A model generated the notes under the pieces. The model worked only from the letters and a program-made list of their open reading frames with translations, made no database searches and was not told the origin of the DNA. The position numbers and the translations under genes were made by a program. DNA of 64,000 nucleotides from Raillietiella orientalis (lineage: Eukaryota). This document shows, piece after piece, positions 1 through 11,830 of this stretch; within the stretch, counting starts at the first letter, position 1; each line of letters begins with the position of its first letter. The DNA is taken from the NCBI GenBank assembly GCA_036172245.1, contig JAYWIR010000018.1, positions 2,852,001 to 2,916,000 on the forward strand, read 5' to 3'.

Positions 1-799
1 GTGGGTTTCCACCCATGTGAGGACACGAGTGATGGTGAGGGGGAAACTTCAGCATAGCCTCCTAAGCAGAGCGAGTGAATCCATTCCGTAGAAAAGACAA
101 AGGACCATTGCAGCGACGAATCTGTATTATTTCCTGGAGGGCAGGCATCAATTAACGGGAGCCGATGGCCGTGAAGAGCGAGCCGAGGTTTTCTAGATCG
201 GACGAAACTGCCCGTCAGCCTTCGGAAATCGTGCCCGGACGGAGGGCACCCGTGCGTCCCCGCCGCGATGACGAAGCCGCCTTGCCGCCCTCGTTCGGCC
301 GAAATGGTGGGGAGAAAAGCGACGGGAAATTTCGAAACCGAAGGAGGAGGAACGGAAGGAACCGACTTCCGGCACAGTTCGCCCGCCGCACGTCTTCCGG
401 GCCCGGCGGTGCAGCGCATTTCGTCGGTCAACGTTGACCCGTTTCGCGCTCCGCGTACCATCGTGGTTCCTCCACGCATTCCATTGAGAAATGGGTTAGT
501 GACTCTGAGCTGGAGGTCTGGACAGCTGGGTCAAGTACTCCGGGCGCCACAGCCACAGCCCCTGCCGTTCCTCCGACAGGCAAGGAGCGCGTCTTCCGCT
601 TTATCTCGGGGACTCCCCGGCAGGTGGAAGAACGTCCACCATCCGGATGGCGGTCGCCCCCCTTCCGGCTCCTGTGCTGTCGGAACTCGGAGGACAGAAA
701 GAGTGTGCAGGGTCACTCAGACGAAGTCGGGTCATTCAGAAGGATCAACTTAATAAAACAAACAAACCCTAACGACATTTTCTCCAAGCAGTGGACAAA

Positions 800-1190
800 A
801 GGAAGAAAAGCCTTCCCCAGCTCAGCCCTGCCTATTAAGAGAAAGATTGCGCAGAAGTCTCCTCAGGGACTGCAGTGAGCGGCTTCATTTGTTGCTACGG
901 GTTACTCATCTGCCGATCGAGGAGGATTTTAAAAGGCTTGCATTCATTAGATGGAAACAATCGGTCGCAAAAGAGACGATCGATACGAAAGGCAAATCCG
1001 GAACCCATGGTTACCATCCACTTGGTTTCACGCCACGCTTGGCCGTTTCACGAGGATGCATCTTGGCAGATTGCAGCAAGCATCACGAAGAGCGCGTCTC
1101 CTTATCACCGGCATCAGTCCAGAAAGGATCGCCAGTCCCAACCTATTATGGAGACCGGGGGCAGCCGTGGACTGGGGGGAGTGAGCTCTG
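800..1190 (+). mobile_element. Possible LINE (I/Jockey-type) post-RT fragment
   Basis: RRILKGL...KETI followed by W...HLGRLQQASRRARLLITG resembles RL.ILK.L..WG..KETL...KLQ..QN.ALR.ITG. Confidence 0.35.
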
Positions 1191-1789
1191 GAAGCAGCCG
1201 AGGGACAGACTTTGGAAGATCCGGTCGTATTTCCCGGAACAGTGGTTGGGGAGGAAGGGCGCGATCCACTCCGCAGCACCCGGAAGCACACCTGGTGGTG
1301 CACGTACCAGTGGGGTTTTTCCCTTTCTTCTAGGAAGGCTCTGCCTTCCCTCTTACTCTGGGGAGGAGAACCGGAACCTTTGCCCTGGTTGTCTACGAAA
1401 GGAATCCTGAAGGGAACCTCTTCCTTGTTTTCTCCGGAGGGACCCCCGAAGGGAGCCAATCCTCGTTTCTTCTTCGGAGGGATCCCCGGCTCCCTGTTTC
1501 CTCCTCTGAAGAGAACTCTGAAGTGATGCCACTATGTTACGACTTATCTAACCTTATATCAGAGCGACTGGCGATTTATACTCAATGATCATTATATTCA
1601 ATTTACCTCTCTCAAATAAATTTACAATTAAATCCTATTTCAATACAAAATTACATATACATATCCAAATTTAAGATATTGTAGTTCACAAATTATTCTT
1701 TTTCATGCTGCATCTTGATTAAAATTTTTAATTACTCTTTATTAAGAGCATTCCCAATTTCTCTGAAGGGAGCAGTGCACTTCTTGCAC

Positions 1790-2045
1790 TCTCGGGAGGC
1801 AACCCCCGAGGGGGTTATCAACAAGCTCCTTTTCACAGCCGGAGGGAAACAGGTCCTTGAATCCTGTAAGGACACCGGACGGTCAACTTCTAATCCCATC
1901 CAGTCAACGGGGCTTCCACCAGTGCAGCACAGGAAGCCTACAGACCAACCAGCATCATCCTGCATGGAGGACTCGATCCTCTTCCGAGAGGGATTCGAAT
2001 CCGCAACACTCGGTGCCACTCGCGGAGACCGCCGACGCTGGCAGT
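1790..2045 (-). mobile_element. tRNA-derived SINE-like element, copy A
   Basis: B-box-like GGATTCGAATCC at 1991-2002; the body (gtcaacttctaatc..tccagtcaacgggg..cttccacc) aligns with 46830-47135. Confidence 0.65.
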
Positions 2046-4949
2046 GGGGTCTTCGGGCAGCCTGCGAACCACCTGAATCAAGAGTGCCTACCCTCAGAAC
2101 CTTTCGCAGCTGATCGCCGAAGGGGCACCTCCTCCGCGCCTGGAATCCATTCACGCGGGGTCCGTCGCCAGTCCGGTTCAGCCCGGTGTGTCGAGGAGCG
2201 AAGGAACGTAGGAGCTGGCAGAACGAGGGGTTCGGGCAGCGACATCTGCTGGGGTGCAGACCGACTCTTGGAGAGGAATCACCGAGCGGGACCCGGGACC
2301 GGTGCTAGCAGACCGCTACCGAGCCTGCTCTTTTTGCCGGTCCACCCACTGCCCCGACGAGCCCGCAGGGAATACGCGAGTCCTGCGAGACGCGCCTTTC
2401 CGGAGCACCCTAGGTGCTCCAAACGCACACGGAGAGGTCGCCGAGCGCACCCGGCGCCGCAGGCGCTCGCAGCGCAGGGTAGTAGCTGCGCCTCAAGGTC
2501 CCGAAATCCCTTCCAGCCAGCTTACCAGTATCCGGTTTTTGCAACCCCACTCAAATTCGTCGGGAGAGCTCGCATTTTTAATCCCGGCTTCCAGCGTCCA
2601 CCCCAGCCTGCCTCTGATGGAAGCGTTTCGAGTGCAGAGGCGCGCCCGCGCGTGGTCTCCGTGGCTCACCTTACGGAGGCTCTGCTTTCCTGCTAACGGC
2701 CATCGAACAAATTGCCAATCATTTGAATGAATAATTCAATAATTGGATTTTTTAATGAACGGCAGTCGGATAATTAAATTTTTTTTACTGAACGACAGGT
2801 GAATGAGCGATTTTTTTTTCCATACCTGATTGAATTCTGTGTGTGTTTGTGTGTGTGTGTTTTTGCATTTCCATGCTCCTCCCTCGCCGCCGTACGTGTG
2901 CTAATCTAAATATCTGTGGTATGCGGAAATCAAAGCATCCGTCTTCATCATCGCTTCACCATTATCTTCACTCCTCTCCCGAAGACATCATTATTCATGC
3001 TGCGCTTCATGCCAGTTGCAATATGTGTAACTGATTCATAATAGATTAACTAGAGGAATTCTTATCGGACCACATATTTTCGTACTATTTTTGACGGAAT
3101 TAAATCACGTTCAGCAGACTCCAGGAGGCAAATGGAGGCTCTCCTCGGGGCAGCCTGCCTAGTAGATGGATGTTGATTTGGTGGTGCCGTTTCGACTGCT
3201 TTTGAAAAGAATCCTAACATGTGGTTTGAGCAGGCTGTTTTTTTTTTTTCTTCGTTTTCTCCAGCTTTTCGCGTTATCAAAAAGTTACAGGACTATGTGA
3301 CTGCATATTTTAAAATCCAAGAAGAGCTTGAAGGTGACAGCAAGAAATCTCTGACGGTTGAATCTTTTAAATGGCGCTGGAGGCTGATGAAGGTGCGGAC
3401 GGTTAAACTTTTCGTGAATGAACAATTTAGGAGGATGCAACGAGAATGATGGAGCCGAAACTACGGACTTGTTCAAGCGATTTACACCTCGGCAGAACTC
3501 TAAAAGCTCCCCCCCCCCTTCTTCCATTTTGACTAAATAACAAACACATATTTCCGTTTTTCTTCCAAAGTGAAACAGTAAACTGCTGTTACGACGCTTA
3601 AGATGCATGGATTTTGTAAACACTATCACTGCATCCGTGCACAACCCGCGGTGAAACGCGGAACGCATCCCCTGCATTACACGGAGGTGTACTGCGTGCA
3701 TCTGATCAACGATGTGTATGAGTAGCGAAACGAAAATTTTTTCTTCGGTACCCGCGCATTGCCCGATTTCATTCACTAGGAATCCTAGACTGGATCTGGA
3801 CACTTTGGTGCCTTGAATTTCGGCTGTCCATCTGCCTTTCCTTTCAACGACAGGCTTTCGATGGCCGTTGCGGAGGTTCGCAGCGCCGCCGCTCGGTGTC
3901 TCTTCCGTCCGCGGCAGACCTCGAAGAATGCCATGCCCGCGTTGCAAGTGGAGAGCGAGGAGAGGACGGTCGTCCCAGCCAGGGACCGATTCCGAATTCC
4001 ATCAAAGCCACCTCGGAAGGGTTGAGAGTCTGGGAACACTTCTATGACGCTGGTCACGAAGAGTGTCAATGACCTCTGTCGATAAGACAAAGGCCAGAAA
4101 GGGAAGCTTCAGAGAGAAATCAGCTTCATTATCGTGAGATCCTTCCAAGCCGCGCTCCTGCATGTTTTCCCTAATGCGGAGGAAGAAAGGGAAAAGCAGC
4201 CACGCCCATCTGCCTCGCACACAGTTTCCATGGCGAAGCGGGAGCACGCCGCCAGCCTCCCGTGCCTTCAGGAGCTCGTGTTCCGATGCACTTCCATCCC
4301 AAGGATGGTTCGAAAGCGTTCGAGCAAGAGAGAAATGCTTTTGCCAGCCAGGGAACACCAGCCCGATGGAACGTCTTCCGGGAAATGGTCCTTTCGGGTG
4401 CAAAGCACACATATTTGTTTGTAGCCTCATGGCAGGAAGATTTTCTCTTGGTGATAACCCTTCGGTTGAGCACTACAGCTTGGAAGAGCCCGATCACCCC
4501 CCTTCCTCCATCGGGGTACAACCTTTGTTAAGCATTTCGTGCCTTTTCATAGGCGGCCTGCATGATGATGGGTCATGTCAATAAGCTGGTAGCACACTGA
4601 AAGGCCCCTTTGGCTAAGAGCTGAGCTGCATCACCTGTACAGCGATGGTCTCCACAACACCGATCTCTACGCTGCCTTGAACTGTTCGAAACACTTCGAT
4701 CGTTCCCAAGGAAACCTTCCTGGGAATTAAAGAGCGAGAAGGGAACCTTGCTTCCCGCTCTGGTTTCGCTCTTCATGCGCAATCACGATGGACTCCCCGT
4801 AAATTGCAGGGAGACCTCGATCTATGATGGATGGTAGTCCATCTCGTCATAGCAGGTTTTCGTAGGGCTGGGATAATGAGGTTCAGACTGTTCCGAGCTT
4901 GCACCGTAAAACCGCCGATAGTCTGCTTTGCATTCGGGATCTCAGTATC

Positions 4950-5170
4950 TTCTTTCGGGGGACATTTTGAAGAGAGTGAAGAAAACAGAGGGACTCGTTT
5001 CAAAAAATACAGAAGCAAAGGGTTTGGGGATGAAAGGAGGACATGGACATGGAGTTCAAATGGAAAGTGGACGTGGGATCAGAAGGATAGGAGATTGGAA
5101 GAGGGTAAGGAAGTGGACCGTGGGTCGAAAAGAGAAATTTTCGATTATCTTGTTTGGGGCCATGTGGACT
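4950..5170 (+). mobile_element. Possible RTE-type LINE 3' fragment
   Basis: GHGVQMESGRGIRRIGDWK followed, after a frameshift, by GK..RGSKR..FD resembles W.GHV.RME..R..KR...W.P.G.R.RGRP..RW.D. Confidence 0.35.
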
Positions 5171-7344
5171 GTAGCTCAGGAGCAGAGACGGCTGCACAGG
5201 AGACCGACGTTTCGTCCATTGGACAGCGCGAGGGTGGAACTACAGGTCACAGCTTCCCTTCTCCAGAGGAGCCCTTCCGTGTTTCTGTTTCCTGGCCCAG
5301 TCAGAGTTGAACCGCAGCGCTCTACTCTGCGCTGCAGAAGGGGACGAGGAGTCAGCGCTGAGGGAAGACCCCGACGGCCGTCTCTGTCCTGCACCACGGG
5401 CCTTGCGCAGCCACATCGCGAGCGGGGTCTTCGCGCCAGTCTCCGAGACATACCGACAGGGAACCGTTCTAGACGGGAGGTCTGGAGGGCGTAGGGGGAC
5501 CTGACTTCGACAGCTGCCTCCCTTACGGGCGCTTCCTGGAGATGCGTTTGTGTGCCTGCAGGAAAAGAAGGGAGAGGTCAGCCTGGGCAAAAAAGGACCT
5601 TCTTCACTGGGAGATAGAGTAGACCCTCCCCTTCCTCTCCTCGCGCTGTCGCTTCTTTCCTCGCAGTCATCCGGGAAGAGCCTTAGGCAGCAGGGCAGGC
5701 AGAGGGATGCCTCTCTCCAGGGCTGGAGGAGATCCCTGGTGCGTTTCATTGCACGCGGACTCTCCCTGACATGGAGGCGATCGGGCGGAAGGGAGGGCAG
5801 CAGAAGGCAGAAAAGGCGAGGGACGCCGCTGGCAGGGTCGAGATGGAGAAGCGCACACGGCTCCTCCATCGAGGTTCGACCCTTCGCAACGACCAGCACT
5901 TGGCACGCTTGACAGGTCCTGCAGAGGCTGGGGGAGGAGGGAAGTTCCCGGGTCGTAAGACGACTTTCACCCGAAGGGCGGCCCAGGGAAGCCACTGATC
6001 CGCGGGTGTTCCTGCCCAGGTGTAGGGGATCCTCCAGCCCCCAGGGAGAGTGGAGAAGGAGAGATAGGAGGACTGTAGAAGCAGAGAAACGGAGTGTCCC
6101 GCTAGGTGGAGTCGAGGACGGAACGGGACGCCGTAGGCTGCGGGGATCCCCCGCAGTCCTCTCGGGCTCCGGGAAGGCGGCGGGCTTTGTTTGGGACCGC
6201 GGAAGTCGCCATGGCCGCCGCAGGTGCGCATCCACGGCGGCCTTAGGCGGCAGCCGCAGCACTTGTAGGCCTCGAGGAGCACGGAAGTGCTAACTCGCAG
6301 CGGTTCGCGTCCATCCCCCGAGGGCATCTGCTCCTGGGAGCAGAGGAGGGTGTCTGGGCGGAGGCAGTTCTGCAGTGGCTGGACTGTGAGCGCTCTCCGC
6401 AATGCGGGGGCGGGATGGAAGGCGAGGATGGAGGTGGTGATGGCGTCTGAGGAGAGGATGAAGGGAGGGGAGGGGGAGGCTTGGCTGCTCGCAATCCCCT
6501 CCTTCCCCCCGACCTCCTCTTTTCGCTGGAAAGCCGTCCTGCTCGATCCGCCTCCACTTTCCGAGCAGCGGAAGAAAGGGAGGAAGGGAGACAGACGTTC
6601 GTGGAAATCCTTCGGCGCTGAGCGCTAACGAAAGATTGCCGGCAATGCTCCGTTTCGCGCGCGTTGCCATGGGGCCCTGGTCTTGGGGCATTCCCTCGTT
6701 GCTGCCGCGCGATCCCCCACCCTCTCTCCCTTCTTGGAACGTCCTGGCAGAGTTTTCGAATCTTCCCGGTAACGCGGCATAGGGGCTTCGTGGCATCTCC
6801 GCAGTGCCTCAACGAACAGCCTTTGAGGAGGAGCAGTCGAGTAGGCAAAAGGAGGAAGGCGAGCAAGTTCGACACCCTTCCCCGAGATGTCGCTGCCGGA
6901 AGCGTGCTCCCGGTTCGCTGCGGCGACGATCTCTGCCCGTCCCCAGAGAGGGGGAGACAGAGAGCGATCGACCCCCGCGGGCAGGGCTGCACCCATCAAC
7001 AGGGTTGCCTGAGCAACGCGCGCGTCCCAACGCCTCTCGTGGCTGCGGGGTTCCCACACTACGCTTTCTTTTCCTCTCCTCCCTCCCGCCCCTGCCTCAG
7101 CTGCGAGCCACGCGCACAAGGAGCCAGCCGACTCAGACGTGAGTAGAATCCCCTGCTCCCTCGCCCCCTTTGGTCTCTCCGGGGATCGTCGGTGTTGACA
7201 TCGTCGTCGTCGTTTTATTTTGTCTTCCCTTTTCCGCTCTCCGTATGGAAAGTTCCGCGCGGTGCCGCGTTTCCGGCGTGCCACGTGGAGCTGCCCCGGC
7301 AAGTCGAGGGAGGGAGCCCACTGCAGCAGCGGCGCACCATCCCT

Positions 7345-7660
7345 CCCCTTTCATCTTTTTCTTCATATTCTTGCCGTGTTTTTTTCCTGCGTCGCCTTGT
7401 CCTCTTGATCTTCACCTTTTCGTCGATGCTGCTTTCTGCTTGTCTTCCTCTCATTCTTTTCCTTGTACTCCTTCTCCTTGTTTTGTACTTTTTTCTTCGT
7501 TTTGTTGCTTTCTTCTTGTCTTCATCTTGTGATTGCTTTCTACTTCTATTCCTCCCTTGCCTTCTTCTTATTTCTTGTTCTCTTCTTTTCCTTTGCCTTC
7601 TTGCTACCTCTGTTGCTTCCTTGGCATCTTCCTCTCGACTTCTCTGCTTCTCCCTCTGCT
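7345..7660. repeat. Degenerate (CTT)n pyrimidine-rich low-complexity tract
   Basis: Runs of ttc/ctt/ttg with few purines. Confidence 0.85.
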
Positions 7661-9924
7661 ACCAACGGTACTCGAGGTCGTTCGCGCTGCCTCCTTGAGA
7701 GCGTCCTTCGCGTGCGGGCTGGGGAACGAATCTGGTGGTAGTTTTTGTGAGTCGAAGTCTCTTCTCCTTGGAATGACGGGCGTGCGTTCGTGTCCGCGAA
7801 GGTTCCGCGGGCCTTCCAAGGGGGCGATGGCTACACGCCCCCCTCCCAGGAGACTCAGCAAGCGCGGAGTACTGGCTGCTGGGATCGACGAGCAATCCGC
7901 TCGCTGTTCCCCTCGGTTACCCCTCATTACGTGCGGCCCTTCCCGCTGCTGCTCGTGTGCCGTCGCCGTCCGCGCAACGTGTGGCGAAACGTGCGCGGCC
8001 TCGTTGCGTGTGCGCGCACCCTGCGCTGATCACGCCTCTGCCCCTCCCCACTTTGCATGGCTCCGACGAAGAGCGCTTCTGAAACACCGCAAACCCCCCC
8101 GTGGTGATGGCTGTTTCCCTTTTCCCGGATGCCGACGGTTCCCGTTCCCCCAGGCGAGAATGCCTGTTCTGAGAATCTTAGGCGACGAGTACGTACGTGT
8201 GCACCTGGTGTGCTGCTGGGCCTGCACAACGCAAAGCTGTTTCGTCCGGATGAAGAGCGTCTTCCGTCTGCTTCGGATCCGCGCGTGCGTTCGGCGGGAC
8301 TTTTTTTGAATGCCTGCTTTTTTCGATGCCTTCACTCGGGGGGGGGGGACCCAAAGGATACCGGGATCGCCGTCCGGCCGCTCCCAGCCTTTCCCCTCGA
8401 GCACCAGCGGCGGCTGTCTCTCCAGCCGGATCGCGCGCGCGGTCGAACCCTGCTTTCGGCGGTTGGCAGGAACTCCGGGAGCGTCGGCTCCGCGTCGTGG
8501 GAAGTCAGGGGTCCGGACAAGCATACGAGATGGACCAAGGGAAAGAAGGAACCGAGAGGTTTTCCGGGACGCTCGGCATGAGGACTTCCGGCTTGTCTCT
8601 CGATTCAGCACCGTCTCCTTCGCAACCCATAGAGGTAACGCTATTCGCCACGATGACGCTTCGAAAATTAACGCCATCAGGAAACGGCTCTGCGGATGAC
8701 ACGAAGGGAGATCGAACTGAGCGACTGCACAGGCGTTCTCTAGGAGATGGACGTGGTATTTACCATCCGATGTCCTCGCCACTTTTTCCTACTTTCCTTT
8801 CGAGGGCTCGCTTGCTTTCCTAACGTCAGGGAAGAGGGTGGAAATGGGGGTGAGGGACGGGTGAGTGGTGGGGAGAATAGCTTGATTCCTCGAGAGGTTT
8901 TGCTCGAAATTGGTCAGGTGCACCGGGAGGCATATGGCGAGGAAAGCCACAAAAGGGCCAAACAGCCGCCGCAGTAGAGCTGCCTTGGAGAAGGAATCGC
9001 TCGTGTGGAGGTTGCCGGAGTCTGCGTTCCCCAGGAAAGATCAGGGAATCCTCTGCGGGGTTTCTCCGCAGGCTTTCTTGCGGGCAGAGTGGGTTGGTTC
9101 CTCGAAGGCTGAAGATTGGCTGAAGCGCCAAGGCGCGCAACCTCGCGTCTCTGGGAGCGCTCGCACACGGCAGGAAGAACCTTCGGAAGAAACGATTCTT
9201 TCCTCCGGCGGGCGCTCGCGATTCGCGATGGCGGCGGGAAAGTTCACCAGCGCCAAACTCCGCGCGTGCATTGGGCACCCCGTCAGCCATGCGTGGCGGG
9301 CGGGCGCTCTCGGTTTCGGAATTCCGCCCTATCTGCCGTGTTTTCTGGGGATTCCTGCCTGTGGCCACTGACCATTCCCCCCTTCCCCCCTTGCATTTCT
9401 TTCTTTTACCATTTTGCGATAGGAAGGTGTTTTGTGGGATGGGAAAGTTGGGCTCGGTAAAATTCCTTGAATTTTTCTGATCTGTTCTTGGACCCTTTTT
9501 CTCTATCCGTGTATCCCACTGCATTGTGTGTTTCTGTATTGCTGCGCGCTTTGTTCCTTACTCCATTTTTCTTCATCCTATGCTTTTGCTGAATCATTTC
9601 TTGCTTGTCGTCTGCTTATTTATCCTTTGTTTTGTGATGCACGGGGTGTTTTCCGCTTGAATGGATGAGCGAGCGCCTGCAGCGCGTTTTACATCAGCCC
9701 TGGTGTGTGCGCGCGTATTTTGCACGGTGCAGTAAAGAAGAAGAAAAAAAATGAGAAATGGAATTGCCCAGATGCTGTTCCGTAGTGATCCTCAAACCGC
9801 ACTTGGATTTCAAGGCTGGGTAGGCTTGAGGACCCTCCCTTCTTCCCCCGAAAACCTCGAGCTGGACGGAAATCAAATGGGTCGAGACTTCAAATGGGAC
9901 AAAAGTCAAGCTTTAGCGATTCTT

Positions 9925-10060
9925 GAATGACGAGGGTGTGCTGGCAGGGGCAGCTGCCTCGTTGGGAGCCCGCCTGGTCTCCCGGAACTGCTCTCGCGAG
10001 TGGAATGGAAACTCTGGACCACGTGATATTGCCACTCTGCGCCAGCACGCTGGCTTGCTT
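9925..10060 (+). mobile_element. Possible L1/Tx1-like C-terminal zinc-knuckle remnant
   Basis: RVCWQGQLP / GARLVSRNCSR / METLDHVILPLC resembles WR..HG.LP...RL...C..C..ETL.H.L..C. Confidence 0.3.
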
Positions 10061-11414
10061 CGCCCTTAATCTGCCAACCGCAAGCCGCATCCGATCAGCT
10101 CTCTGTTGAGGAATCCCGAGATGAATGCGGTCAATCAGCGGCCGACAAGAAATGCTCGAAGGCTCCAGCTCTGTAGGACCGCTGCTGCCGGGGACCAACA
10201 TCCCGAAAGAGGTGGGCTCGATCGGCGATTCGAGTTCTGGTGACTGGGCTCGTTACTATTTCTTCTTCGCCTCCCCTTTCATCATCCGTGTCTGGATCAC
10301 CCGGGACGTCGATTCCCGTTCCATCCGGGTGAGGCTGTTTCACAACTGAATATTGACGAGGAAAGCGGATGAGCCGGGATGATAAGTTTCGCAACGGGGA
10401 GATGGCGCTCGCGATGTCATTCGAGCGAGGAGTCCTCTCCTCCCCTCATCCTTCTGGTTCATGGCATGGGTGAGGGAGAGGCTGCGCTTGCGCATCAGCT
10501 GTCCTGGATGAAAGTACAGTTGCCGCACGTCCTGCAGCATGCCTCCGTCGCTGTGACGTCGTGAGGCCCCTTCTCCCAGGAAGGGTTCTCCCGTCACCCC
10601 GTCGCTCACGCGCCGGCTAAAGAGACGACGGCCTCCACCCGCTGGAGGAGGTGCCCGCTCCTCACATGCAACCTGGCAGTGGCTCCTCTGAGGCCGGATC
10701 TCGTGGACGTGCACCGGTTCCGCTCTCTGCTCCCTCTTCCCTCCGTGCCCCCCGCTTCCCTGTTCTTCTCTTGGACGGGTTTGTCTACGGAGGTGCGAGC
10801 GCAGTCACCTCGGGAACGGCCGCTCAGCCGGCGGCGGCAGTGCCTTTCTGTCCTCGGTCCAACGCGGGAAGCGCGAGCGATCCGTGCTTCCCTCGCGGGC
10901 TGCTGCCTCACCTGCAGCCTCTCCGTCGAGCGCAGATCGGCATCGAGGGTTTCCACCGGAAGCAGAACAAGTCCGTCCGTCCGTCCGTCCGTCGGGAAGG
11001 GACACAAACCTGGCCGGCTCAGGCAGGCGCGAGCTTTCGTTCGTCTGGAGGGATGCGTGGGCTAGTCCGACGACCATCTTCCGCGGGGGAACATAACTCC
11101 CCCCCTCCTGCCAGCCTTCCACAACCTCATGCACTCATCTGTGGTGCAGGCCATCAGGAAGCAAATAAAGAAAAGAAAAGAAAGAGGGAATGGCGCTGCG
11201 CTCTCCATTCAGAGAGGTCTGCTCTGGTCGAAAATTTTCCGTCTCCCGAGTCCTGCGGCATCGGAAGGCCACTTGACTGACGGGGAGGACGAGCTGCAGG
11301 TCACGTGCGCGCCGCCCTTCTGCAGCAGAATATTGCTGAGTTTCGAAAGGATGGCCCCAGACCGTTCCACTCTCTCGCGCAAGAGAGAGTGCGAAGCGCG
11401 CCCTTCATCTGGGA

Positions 11415-11830
11415 GAACGGGAGTAGGAGGAAGGCAGGAGAAAGAAAGTAGAGGAGGAAGGAGGGGAAGGGGAGGAGAAGGACGCTGAATGCATGATGAT
11501 GACGATGACGACGAAGTAGAGGAAGAGGTTGATGATGATGATGATGAAGGGCGCCCTTCCTCCCACTTTCCCTTCATGGGAGGAGAAGAATGGATGACGG
11601 CAGTGATCATGGAGATGATGACGATGACGATGCTGAAGACTCGTAGAGGACGGCGAAAGGAAGGAGGAAGAGGACGGAGAAACTCTCTTCCTCCTCCAAG
11701 GGGTAGTGCAGCAGCAGTTCTCCCTTCCTCCTTTCCTCTTCCTTTTTTGCCCCTCCTCCCCCGTCCCCTTCCTTCTTTCCTCCTTTTCCTGCTCCCTCCT
11801 TCGTTCTTCCACTGCTCCTCCTTGCTATCC
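11415..11830. repeat. Low-complexity block: (GGA)-rich, degenerate (GAT)n, then (CCT)-rich
   Basis: gatgatgacgatgacgacgaa...gatgatgatgatgatgaa flanked by purine-rich and pyrimidine-rich tracts. Confidence 0.85.

Noticed and set aside
5860..6080. Minus-strand LHLG...CRTCQACQ resembling a Gypsy integrase zinc finger
   Set aside because: No downstream DDE motifs or LTRs recognisable; too weak to call.
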